Below are positions 1 to 7,200 of a stretch of 64,000 bases of DNA, one piece after another. The DNA lies in the NCBI GenBank assembly GCA_964450805.1, contig CAYVDD010000001.1, positions 134,595 through 198,594 on the forward strand, written 5' to 3'. Position numbers and translations under genes: made by a program. Below the pieces are notes generated by a model. The model was not told the origin of the DNA. It searched no databases and saw only the letters and a list, made by a program, of their open reading frames with translations. The stretch comes from an uncultured Candidatus Saccharibacteria bacterium (GTDB lineage: Bacteria; Patescibacteriota; Minisyncoccia; Minisyncoccales; JANBVM01). The stretch's first letter is position 1. Each line of letters begins with the position of its first letter.

Positions 1-257
1 AGATTTCAATTGTTGATAGAAATGTTTTAAGGCTTGGGATTTATGAATTGCTCTATGAGGATGAGAAAGCTGTTCCTCCGAAAGTAGCTATCAATGAGGC
101 AATTGAACTGGCAAAATCTTTTGGTGGAGAGAATTCAGGCAAGTTTGTTAATGGGGTCCTGGGAACGGTTTATAAAAACCTTCCAAACCACGAAGAGAGT
201 AAAGAAAAACAAAAAGCCTCTTCTGTTAAAGCTTCGAAGAACAGAAAAAATAAATAA
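1..257 (+). CDS. nusB: Transcription antitermination factor NusB, C-terminal part (5' end lies outside the window)
   Basis: Frame is open from base 3. Translation [56 protein letters not shown] matches the conserved NusB C-terminal helices and is followed by a K-rich tail. Confidence 0.85.
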   Translation, partial: ISIVDRNVLRLGIYELLYEDEKAVPPKVAINEAIELAKSFGGENSGKFVNGVLGTVYKNLPNHEESKEKQKASSVKASKNRKNK

Positions 258-271
258 CATATTTTGAATCA

Positions 272-955
272 ATGAAAGATATTTCAATTCTTGAGAAAAA
301 ATTAAATATTAATTTTAAAAATAAAGACCTTTTAATTCAGGCTTTTGTTCACAGGTCATATTTAAATGAAAATCCAGATTTTCATTTATATCATAACGAA
401 AGACTGGAATTTTTAGGCGATGCTGTGTTAGAATTGGTTGTTACAGAAGACTTATATAAGAATTATCCTGATAAGCCAGAGGGAGAATTAACTAATTGGA
501 GGGCATCTCTTGTTAATTCAAAAATACTATCCAGAATTGCTAAAGAATTAAATTTCAATGATTTTTTACTGCTTTCCAAAGGTCAGTTAAAAGAAAGAGG
601 CAAAGCCAGAAACTATATTTTAGCCAATGCTTTTGAGGCAGTTGTTGGCGCAATTTATCTTGATATGGGTTATAAGACTGCTAAGCAGTTCATTAAAAAG
701 GACTTAATGAAAGAACTGCCGAATATTCTTGAAAAAGGACTTTATAAAGATGCCAAATCCCGTTTTCAGGAAGAGACTCAAGAAAAAACAGGCATCACTC
801 CTTCATATAAAGTATTAAAAGAAACAGGGCCTGACCATGATAAGCAATTTGTTGTGGGAGTATTTTTAGAAAAAAAATTAATAGCTAAAGGCGAGGGTTC
901 TTCAAAACAGGAAGCAGAAGAATCAGCAGCTAAAAACGCTTTAGAAACAGAATAA
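272..955 (+). CDS. rnc: Ribonuclease III
   Basis: Contains the RNase III signature ERLEFLGDAVLELVVTEDLY and a C-terminal dsRBD (GPDHDKQFVVGV...GSSKQEAEESAAKNAL). Confidence 0.92.
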   Translation: MKDISILEKKLNINFKNKDLLIQAFVHRSYLNENPDFHLYHNERLEFLGDAVLELVVTEDLYKNYPDKPEGELTNWRASLVNSKILSRIAKELNFNDFLLLSKGQLKERGKARNYILANAFEAVVGAIYLDMGYKTAKQFIKKDLMKELPNILEKGLYKDAKSRFQEETQEKTGITPSYKVLKETGPDHDKQFVVGVFLEKKLIAKGEGSSKQEAEESAAKNALETE

Positions 956-957
956 AT

Positions 958-1458
958 ATGTTAGTTATTAGATTATTTAGAGTAGGTAAAAAAAATCAGC
1001 CAGCATTTAAAATTGTTGTAACAGATAAGAAAAATCCTCCTAAAAGCGGTCGTTTTGTTGAAGAGGTTGGTTTTTGGAATCCTTTGATCAAACAAAAAAT
1101 TCTTAAAAGAGACAGAATTAAATATTGGTTGTCTGTTGGAGCACAGCCTTCAGGAACAATTCATAACTTATTGGTTTCAGAGAAGATTATTGAAGGTGAA
1201 AAAATATCAAAGCACAAAAAGCCGAAGAAGAAAGAAGAGAAGAAAGAAGAAGCTCCTGCTGGCGCTAAGCCTAAGGAGGGAGATGAGAAAAAGGAAGAAG
1301 TGAAAAAAGCAGAGGAACCAGAAAAGATAGAATCAAAAGAGGAGAAAAAAGAAACTGCAGTTCCTGTTGAAGAAAAGCCTATAACCGAAGCTAAAGAAGA
1401 AAAAGAAGTAAAAACTGAAGAGATTAAAGAAGAGAAGCCAGAGAAAAATGTTTATTAA
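958..1458 (+). CDS. rpsP: 30S ribosomal protein S16 with a long K/E-rich C-terminal extension
   Basis: N-terminus MLVIRLFRVGKKNQPAFKIVVTDKKNPPKSGRFVEEVGFWNP is canonical S16. An ~85-aa low-complexity KE tail follows. Confidence 0.9.
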   Translation: MLVIRLFRVGKKNQPAFKIVVTDKKNPPKSGRFVEEVGFWNPLIKQKILKRDRIKYWLSVGAQPSGTIHNLLVSEKIIEGEKISKHKKPKKKEEKKEEAPAGAKPKEGDEKKEEVKKAEEPEKIESKEEKKETAVPVEEKPITEAKEEKEVKTEEIKEEKPEKNVY

Positions 1459-1462
1459 GAGC

Positions 1463-1491
1463 TTGACAAATTCAGAATACTTTGTTATAAT
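1463..1491 (+). promoter_or_regulatory. Consensus sigma70-type promoter P1 (TTGACA-17-TATAAT with a TGn extended -10)
   Basis: TTGACA at 1463-1468, a 17-nt spacer, tgtTATAAT ending at 1491, followed by TTAGATATT. Confidence 0.7.
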
Positions 1492-1526
1492 TTAGATATT
1501 GATAGATTAGGATAAAAAACCGGAAC

Positions 1527-1555
1527 TTGACAAATCTATTTTCTGATGCTATAAT
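1527..1555 (+). promoter_or_regulatory. Consensus sigma70-type promoter P2, a tandem copy of P1 64 bp downstream
   Basis: TTGACA at 1527-1532, a 17-nt spacer, tgcTATAAT ending at 1555, then the same TTAGATATT as P1. Confidence 0.7.
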
Positions 1556-2069
1556 TTAGATATTAAAACTTAATAATAAAAAAGGAGAGAGTTAGTTGAT
1601 TGATTTAATTAATCAACTGCAAACGGCTCTCTTTAAAGGGTCGTTTGTCAGTTTAAGAATATGAGTACATAAAAATTTACCTTTCTTAATTACTCTCTGG
1701 AGCTGGTGAAAACTGGTGAAAGAGGGAGAGAGAGGAATGAAGGAGAGAGAAAAAAATTTTTCTGGAGATGCGGAGTGAAAACTTCCGTGATCTGGTGAAT
1801 AAAAGGATTTTTTGAAAAATGAGAAAACAGGGATATTGTTTAGAATTAAAAAATTAAAATTAGCCCGGAAGTTTTCTCAAAAATGTTTTCCTTCATTCCT
1901 TTCTCTATTATCCTTTGAAACTTAAAAAGTGAAGAAGGATGAGAAGAAAATAGTTATTTGTTATTTTAGATTTTTCAAATTTCTCGAGTCTATTTTTACT
2001 CGAGAGGTTTGAGCAGAAACGAAAGAAAAAACCGTTTCTGCTTACTAAAAAATAGGGAAAGAGACGATA

Positions 2070-2130
2070 CCTCAAATTGTTTTTAATCTGTTTATCAAAT
2101 TATAATAGGTAGATTAAAAACAATTTGAGG
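2070..2130 (+). promoter_or_regulatory. Perfect 20-bp hairpin whose 3' arm contains the GAGG Shine-Dalgarno of the ORF starting at 2138
   Basis: cctcaaattgtttttaatct (2070-2089) is the exact reverse complement of agattaaaaacaatttgagg (2111-2130). The loop is 21 nt. The ATG lies 8 nt after the stem. Confidence 0.55.
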
Positions 2131-2137
2131 AAAAAAA

Positions 2138-2398
2138 ATGGTTGTTATTATTAAGAATGTTTATAACTATCTTGATCCATTTACACATGGGATCAAGGAT
2201 TCCTTAGGATTAGGAAAAGAGGAGGAGTCGTCATGTTATTTTTGTGATGACGATAACTCCCTTGTGACTCTTCAGACGATCGCGGTCCGCCGCGAATGTT
2301 TTGAAGATAATGTTCTCCTTTATAAAGAGGACATACGTGTTCGTGTCTGTGCCGAACATGCAGAAATCTTAAGGAAAGGAAAAGAAATAGTTTTATAA
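2138..2398 (+). CDS. Hypothetical small Cys-containing protein (86 aa)
   Basis: ATG is preceded by GAGG. This is the only non-overlapping ORF in the 2.7-kb insert. It contains CYFC...C...C..H residues and a locally G+C-richer stretch (acgatcgcggtccgccgcgaatg, 2276-2298). I recognise no family. Confidence 0.4.
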   Translation: MVVIIKNVYNYLDPFTHGIKDSLGLGKEEESSCYFCDDDNSLVTLQTIAVRRECFEDNVLLYKEDIRVRVCAEHAEILRKGKEIVL

Positions 2399-2572
2399 AC
2401 TTATTTCTTTTCTTTGTGGGTATCTCGCCCTCCTTCCAGGAGTGCCCACGATAGAAAAAAGCGAAAGAAATTTATCCCCAAAGGATAGCCAAGCCGGAGG
2501 GGAGGGAGTTTTAAAAGATTCTCCTTTATTAAAGAAAAATCTTATTTTTCTTGAACTCATTTCTTTTATTGC

Positions 2573-2631
2573 ATTAAATAACTGCGAAGTAAATTTAACA
2601 GTATAAGAGAAGTGGGTTCAAGGTGAGATTA
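2573..2631 (+). repeat. Copy 1 of a ~50-nt conserved motif (tgcgaRgtaaatttaacag-N6-gagaagtggRttcaaggtgagRtt)
   Basis: attaaataactgcgaagtaaatttaacagtataagagaagtgggttcaaggtgagatt. Confidence 0.8.
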
Positions 2632-2765
2632 GTAAAACCAACTCTGCTTTAAGTGAGGCAGAGGGAGTTCATTGATAAAAATAAAAAATGAAACTAAATC
2701 TAAAACGATTAGGCTTGTTCGATGTAATCTGAATTTCAGCTTAGAAAGCATTGATAGAGATGAGC

Positions 2766-2823
2766 GTTAAATAACTGCGAGGTAAATTTAACAGGACGAG
2801 AGAAGTGGATTCAAGGTGAGGTT
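2766..2823 (+). repeat. Copy 2 of the ~50-nt conserved motif
   Basis: gttaaataactgcgaggtaaatttaacaggacgagagaagtggattcaaggtgaggtt. Confidence 0.8.
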
Positions 2824-3710
2824 CAAGGACTTGTTTAAATTAAAAATCCTTTGATGTGCCTTGATAAATTAAAAAAATCTTTGATTTATTATGGGTGCTT
2901 TGTTTATTAATTATTTAGTGGATAGAGTACCTATAAAGTGTTTCTAGGAAGACAAGAAAGAAGTATGCAGGGGCTTAATTTGTTTATCAAAAATTGGTAG
3001 TCAGATTAAGCCTCTGCATTAGAAAAGCAGCGGTTACTGATTTCTCTTTTGGGTGAAATTCCCTTAGGAGAGAGATGAAAGAAGGTGGACAACCCGCCTT
3101 AGGAGAAATTCCGAAGCCGCTATTGGCAGTTAAATAAAAGGTGAAGCGTTGAATGAAAAAACTAATTAATGCTGCATCAGAATATAACAGATATATGTAT
3201 ATTTTATATCTGATGCAAAAAAGTACTTGTTTCAGTTTTTCTGTGAAAGGAAGAAGGTTAGAAAAGTTTAACCTGCTTCTTTCCGGAAGAATGGAGAGGA
3301 TAAGAAAGCGAGCAGGAAAAGTTATTAGGGAGGGAGACTTCGGCTCTCCCAACATGAATACTGGACATTTCGTACAGTATGAAAAGTTTCTTTTAGACGT
3401 TTCGTCACTAGGGGAAATACGAATAATTAGCGAGAGTGAGAGACTTTTAATTTCAATCTCGAAAGAATTTTCTTCTCGCCATTTAATGGTGGGGGAGAAA
3501 ATTTTAGAAGAGATCAAGATTAAAACTTTTTTCCTCCCAGAAGAGATTTTTCTGGGGTCAAAAAAGGTTTTTCCTCCATAAATTTATTGATGCTAGGTCT
3601 AGATCCGGAGGGGAGGACGCGCCCGATGATGGTGATGACAAAGGCTAATTTTCTTTTTTTTTATTAAAAAGGGATAAGGAACTTCATCGTTTCTTATCCC
3701 GTCCTTTCTT

Positions 3711-3766
3711 GAATGATTGCGAAGTAAATTTAACAGGACGAGAGAAGTGGATTCAAGGTGAGGTTA
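3711..3766 (+). repeat. Copy 3 of the ~50-nt conserved motif
   Basis: gaatgattgcgaagtaaatttaacaggacgagagaagtggattcaaggtgaggtta. It is identical to copy 2 over the 3' ~42 nt apart from one A/G change in gcgaRgt. A partial aaggtgaggtt recurs at about 3817-3827. Confidence 0.8.
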
Positions 3767-4012
3767 GACGTTTTCTGTTTTTTCCTAGGTTGTAAAAACT
3801 TTTACGATTTGGAAAAAGGTGAGGTTTAAATAGTCGTTATAAGGCTGTGAGTCAGGTTGGTTTAATTATTTGGTCGGGGATACAGTGTTAACTGTCCCTG
3901 ATTCGAAAGGAGAGGGGACAGATTGGAAAAATCTCTCTCCTCTAACATTGTTCCTTGATTTATATATTTTTAACCACTGATTCACAGTCTTATGACGAGT
4001 ATAAGAAAAGAT

Positions 4013-4040
4013 TTGACAAAAACTCTAAAATCATTAAAAT
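4013..4040 (+). promoter_or_regulatory. Putative promoter of khpA-trmD
   Basis: TTGACA at 4013-4018, a 16-nt spacer, TAAAAT at 4035-4040, followed by TTTAGACA as at other promoters in the window. Confidence 0.5.
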
Positions 4041-4148
4041 TTTAGACAAGTAGCAAATATATCTGTTTGGCCGATGCTCCGAACGATTGATGGAGAAGTA
4101 GGCTGAAAGGTCGGGCTACTGAAAGAAAAATTTTTACTGATTGATAAC

Positions 4149-4463
4149 ATGGCAAAATCAAGTGATCAAGACTTTCTTGAGTTTATTGTTAAAGCCTTAG
4201 TTGATAACCCAGATGATGTTAAAGTTGACCGCAAGGTTGATGAAATGGGAGTTTTACTTTCTTTAAAAGTAAACCCTGAAGACATGGGTCAAATCATTGG
4301 TAAGGCTGGATCTACTGCTCGAGCTATTAGGAATCTGGTTAGAATTGTTGGTCTTAAAAATCACGCTAGAGTGAATTTAAAGATCGAAGAGCCAGAAGGG
4401 TCTCGCGCTCAAGGAAGAAAATCTCCACCAGCTGGAGAAGAACTTAGTGATTTAAAATTGTAA
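4149..4463 (+). CDS. khpA: KH-domain RNA-binding protein (YlqC/KhpA-like)
   Basis: Has the KH GxxG core IIGKAGSTARAIRNLV. Its position between rpsP and trmD matches Firmicute-type operons. Confidence 0.8.
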   Translation: MAKSSDQDFLEFIVKALVDNPDDVKVDRKVDEMGVLLSLKVNPEDMGQIIGKAGSTARAIRNLVRIVGLKNHARVNLKIEEPEGSRAQGRKSPPAGEELSDLKL

Positions 4464-4531
4464 ATCTAAAGATTTACTACTAACAAAAGCAGTGCTATTA
4501 TTTAATTAGCGCTGTTTTTGTTTAAAAAAAT

Positions 4532-5230
4532 ATGATTAAATTCAATATTATTACAATTTTTCCAGAGCTCTTTGATTCTTATTTTAAGAGCAGTTTGATT
4601 AATAGGGCTTTAAAAAAGAAGCTTATAAAAATTAAAACTCATAATTTAAGAAAATGGACTACTGACAAACACCAGACTGTTGATGACAAGCCTTATGGCG
4701 GGGGATTGGGCATGGTTTTTAAAGTTGAGCCAATTTTTAAAGCTGTAAAGGAAATTTTAAAAAAATCAAAAAGTAAAAAAAGAAAAATCATTCTTTTTAC
4801 GCCTCGTGGAAAAAAGTTTAACCAGAAATTAGCCTATAACTTATCTAAACTTAATGAGATTATTATGATTTGCGGACGTTACGAAGGGGTTGATGAAAGA
4901 GTGGCAAAACACATTGCTGATATAGAATTGTCTATAGGGGATTATGATTTAATGGGAGGGGAGTTACCAGCAATGGTTGTTATTGAAACTGTTTCAAGAT
5001 TAATTCCTGGGGTTTTAGGGAAACCTCAGTTTTTAAAAGAAAGAACCACAAAAGACAAAGTATTTATTGAATATCCTCAATATACAAGGCCTGAAATTTT
5101 TCAACCAAAAAACAGAATAAAATTGAAAAGCCCTAAAAAATGGAAAACTCCAAAAGTTTTAATTTCAGGAAATCACAAAGAAATTGAAAAGTGGAGAGAA
5201 AAACATAAGAAGAAAATAGGTGGAAAATAG
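4532..5230 (+). CDS. trmD: tRNA (guanine37-N1)-methyltransferase
   Basis: MIKFNIITIFPELFDSYF...DDKPYGGGLGMV...CGRYEGVDERV...SIGDYDLMGGELPAMVVIE are typical TrmD motifs. Confidence 0.92.
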   Translation: MIKFNIITIFPELFDSYFKSSLINRALKKKLIKIKTHNLRKWTTDKHQTVDDKPYGGGLGMVFKVEPIFKAVKEILKKSKSKKRKIILFTPRGKKFNQKLAYNLSKLNEIIMICGRYEGVDERVAKHIADIELSIGDYDLMGGELPAMVVIETVSRLIPGVLGKPQFLKERTTKDKVFIEYPQYTRPEIFQPKNRIKLKSPKKWKTPKVLISGNHKEIEKWREKHKKKIGGK

Positions 5231-5262
5231 GAATGTTTTGTGTTAGAATTAGCGCATTAAAA

Positions 5263-5344
5263 GGGTGTGTGGGAGAGCAGCTATTCCATCAGACTGTAAA
5301 TCTGACGCCTTCGGGCTTCGCAGGTGCAAGTCCTGCCGCACCCA
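5263..5344 (+). tRNA. tRNA-Tyr (anticodon GTA), class II with a long variable arm
   Basis: Hand-folded cloverleaf. Acceptor gggtgtg/cgcaccc. Anticodon stem tcaga/tctga with loop ctGTAaa. Variable arm cgccttcgggcttc. T arm gcagg-tgcaagt-cctgc. No encoded CCA. Confidence 0.8.
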
Positions 5345-5352
5345 CTAACAGC

Positions 5353-5426
5353 GCCTGGGTAGCTCAGTCAGTTAGAGCACGTCTTTGGTAAAGACGAGGT
5401 CAGCGGTGCAACTCCGCTCTCAGGCT
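5353..5426 (+). tRNA. tRNA-Thr (anticodon GGT)
   Basis: Acceptor gcctggg/ctcaggc. D stem gctc/gagc. Anticodon stem cgtct/agacg with loop ttGGTaa. T arm agcgg-tgcaact-ccgct. No encoded CCA. Confidence 0.8.
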
Positions 5427-5449
5427 CATAATTAATTCAAATTATAAGC

Positions 5450-5623
5450 ATGGCAAAAAAGAAAAAACCATTAATAAAAATGAAGTGTGAAGAATGTAAA
5501 AGGATTAATTATTATACACAGAAATCCAAGAAAATGTTTACTGAAGCTAAAGCTAAGTTAGAATTGAAAAAATTCTGTAAATGGTGCAGGAAACATACAT
5601 TACATAAAGAGGCAAAGAAGTAA
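5450..5623 (+). CDS. rpmG: 50S ribosomal protein L33 (57 aa; below the ORF-track size cutoff)
   Basis: My translation is [57 protein letters not shown]. It has the L33 pattern CxxC...LELKK(F/Y)C.WCRKHT.HKE. Confidence 0.85.
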   Translation: MAKKKKPLIKMKCEECKRINYYTQKSKKMFTEAKAKLELKKFCKWCRKHTLHKEAKK

Positions 5624-5630
5624 GTATACT

Positions 5631-6119
5631 ATGGACAAAAAACATTATCTTCATGAAGTCGCAATTACAGCTATTATTGTAAAGGATGGAAAATATTTAA
5701 TTACCAGAAGATCGCCAAAAAAAAGGAGGTTTCCAAGAATGTGGACAGTACCAGGAGGGAAGATGGAGACAAGCGATTATTTACAATTACCAAAAGACAC
5801 GAAGTATTACTGGTATAATGTTCTGGAGCGTACATTACGAAGAGAAATCAGAGAAGAAGTAGGGATTGAGGTTGATAATATTGAATATGTGACAAGTTTA
5901 GCAATGGTTCACACTGATGGAAATCCATCACTCGTAATCTCTTGTATGGCAGATTATATTTCAGGTGATATTAAGCTTCAGGAAGATGAGTTGGATCATT
6001 ATGCCTGGGTGAGCTTAGAAGAAGCGAAAAATTACCAACTTATTGATGGAATTCATGATGAGCTTGCTATGGCCGAACGAATACGGAAAGGTGAAAAGAT
6101 ACAGTGGAGAAGATTTTGA
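5631..6119 (+). CDS. NUDIX hydrolase
   Basis: Nudix box-like GGKMET...LRREIREEVGIE. Confidence 0.75.
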   Translation: MDKKHYLHEVAITAIIVKDGKYLITRRSPKKRRFPRMWTVPGGKMETSDYLQLPKDTKYYWYNVLERTLRREIREEVGIEVDNIEYVTSLAMVHTDGNPSLVISCMADYISGDIKLQEDELDHYAWVSLEEAKNYQLIDGIHDELAMAERIRKGEKIQWRRF

Positions 6120-6185
6120 ATTGAAAAAATTCTGCAAGTAGTGTTATAAATATACTTTACATAAAAAATCAAAAAGATAATTAAT

Positions 6186-6536
6186 ATGAATTTAAAACAA
6201 TACCAAAAGCTTTGTAAAACAACTGCCCAAAAATTCAAGAATAAAGAAAAAGAAATATTGACCTGGGGTTTAGGTATTACAGGTGAGGCAGGAGATCTTG
6301 CTGGTTGTATTAAAAAAACATTTTCCCATGATAATGACCAGACAGATGGTATAAAAGAAAATCTTGGAGATACATTGTGGTATGTTGCAATGATTTGTAA
6401 TTTTTTTGATTGGGACTTAGAAGAAGTTTTAGAAGAAAACATTAAAAAACTTAAAAAAAGATACCCTAAAGGTTTTGATTTCAAAAATGCTCAAAGAGGT
6501 GGAACAAGAATAGACTGGAATGAAGAGAAAAAATAA
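6186..6536 (+). CDS. MazG-like nucleotide pyrophosphohydrolase
   Basis: WGLGITGEAGDLAGCIKK ... LGDTLWYVAMI ... NIKKLKKRYPKGF follows the MazG-domain pattern. Confidence 0.7.
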   Translation: MNLKQYQKLCKTTAQKFKNKEKEILTWGLGITGEAGDLAGCIKKTFSHDNDQTDGIKENLGDTLWYVAMICNFFDWDLEEVLEENIKKLKKRYPKGFDFKNAQRGGTRIDWNEEKK

Positions 6537-6603
6537 GATAAATTATTTTCTTTAAGTTGTGGTATTGTGAAGATAATTCACATAAAGATTCTAAAAAAAA
6601 TAA

Positions 6604-6675
6604 AGGGGCGTGTTGAAGCGGCTATCATAAAGCTCTCCAAAAGCTTTGTCGGGGGTTCGATTCCCTCCGCCCCTG
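6604..6675 (+). tRNA. tRNA-Trp (anticodon CCA)
   Basis: Acceptor aggggcg/cgcccct. Anticodon stem aagct/agctt with loop ctCCAaa. T arm ggggg-ttcgatt-ccctc. No encoded CCA. Confidence 0.8.
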
Positions 6676-6717
6676 CAGGTACAGGAAATCGCTTTTTGAG
6701 CGGTTTTTTGGTAAAAT
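6670..6717 (+). repeat. 48-bp direct repeat, copy A (tRNA-Trp 3' end + terminator hairpin + extended -10)
   Basis: cccctgcaggtacaggaaatcgctttttgagcggttttttggtaaaat matches 7145-7192 at 45 of 48 positions. Confidence 0.85.
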
Positions 6718-7120
6718 GGATTATATGAATGAAGTAGGAGTTTCACAAAAAGCTATAATATTCAATAAGGAGGGTAAATTTTTAACTATTCGCAGGACGA
6801 AAACAGCTCCGGTAAGGCCTAATACCTGGGATCTTCCTGGTGGAGATGTAGATTTTGGAGAAGATGTAACGCAGAGCATCATTAGGGAAATTAAAGAAGA
6901 AACTGGTTTGGAGATTAGCGATTTGGATCTCTTTGATGTGGAATCTCATGTAAATAAAGAGGGTAATTTTTGGATTACCATAGGATATACAGCAAAAACT
7001 ATTTCCGATGAAGTGGCATTGAGCTTTGAGCACGACCAATTTAAATGGGTTACTGCAAAAGAATTTCTAGAATTTGAATCAGCTGACAAGCTTATGCGTT
7101 TTGTTAGGAATTTGAAGTAA
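6716..7120 (+). CDS. NUDIX hydrolase
   Basis: Nudix box GGDVDFGEDVTQSIIREIKEETGLE. The ATG at 6716 overlaps the -10 (TAAAAT, 6712-6717), so the in-frame ATG at 6725, 7 nt after the -10, may be the real leaderless start. Confidence 0.8.
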   Translation: MDYMNEVGVSQKAIIFNKEGKFLTIRRTKTAPVRPNTWDLPGGDVDFGEDVTQSIIREIKEETGLEISDLDLFDVESHVNKEGNFWITIGYTAKTISDEVALSFEHDQFKWVTAKEFLEFESADKLMRFVRNLK

Positions 7121-7144
7121 AATAGTTCGAACGTCCTCTACGAG

Positions 7145-7192
7145 CCCCTGCAGGTACAGGAAATCGCTCTTTGAGCGGTTTTTTGATAGAAT
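7145..7192 (+). repeat. 48-bp direct repeat, copy B, preceded by a tRNA-3'-half-like remnant (gttcgaacgtcctctacgagc, 7125-7145)
   Basis: cccctgcaggtacaggaaatcgctctttgagcggttttttgatagaat. Confidence 0.85.
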
Positions 7193-7200
7193 TTAGGTGT

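Larger units (their letters stand above)
1556..4012 (+). ncRNA. Candidate large structured non-coding RNA locus (one long RNA or several); family unknown
   Basis: About 2.45 kb downstream of the tandem promoters holds only one plausible small ORF. There are many long helices: 1733-1744/1889-1900 (12 bp) enclosing 1777-1787/1866-1876 (11 bp); 2070-2089/2111-2130 (20 bp); 2550-2569/2603-2622 (20 bp, 3 GU); 2965-2979/3005-3019 (15 bp, 1 GU); 3835-3855/3977-3997 (21 bp, 3 GU). All GU pairs are valid only on the + strand. Confidence 0.4.

Noticed and set aside
2987-3581. Track ORFs 2987-3517 (minus strand, 176 aa) and 3153-3581 (plus strand, 142 aa) considered as protein-coding genes inside the 2.7-kb insert
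   Set aside because: They overlap each other antisense over about 365 bp. Their translations are low-complexity (S/I/L/F- or K/E/R-rich) with no recognisable motif, neither has a convincing RBS or leaderless promoter, and the DNA is dominated by long helices. Most likely they are incidental frames in structured RNA.
2573-3766. The three ~50-nt repeats considered as a CRISPR array, or as DGR template/variable repeats
   Set aside because: Spacing is irregular (about 190 and 940 bp) and there are only three copies. No cas genes or reverse transcriptase lie nearby. The substitutions between copies are not adenine-specific (T>G, T>C, G>A and A>G are all seen).
1459-4148. The insert considered as a housekeeping RNA (RNase P RNA, tmRNA, SRP/4.5S, 6S) or a group II intron
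   Set aside because: I could not find the RNase P GAGGAAAGTCC / ACAGAAxxCGGCTTA-type conserved regions, a tmRNA tag ORF with a tRNA-like end, the SRP GGAA tetraloop domain, or a group II domain V-like hairpin with an intron-encoded protein. A cmscan is still needed to be sure.
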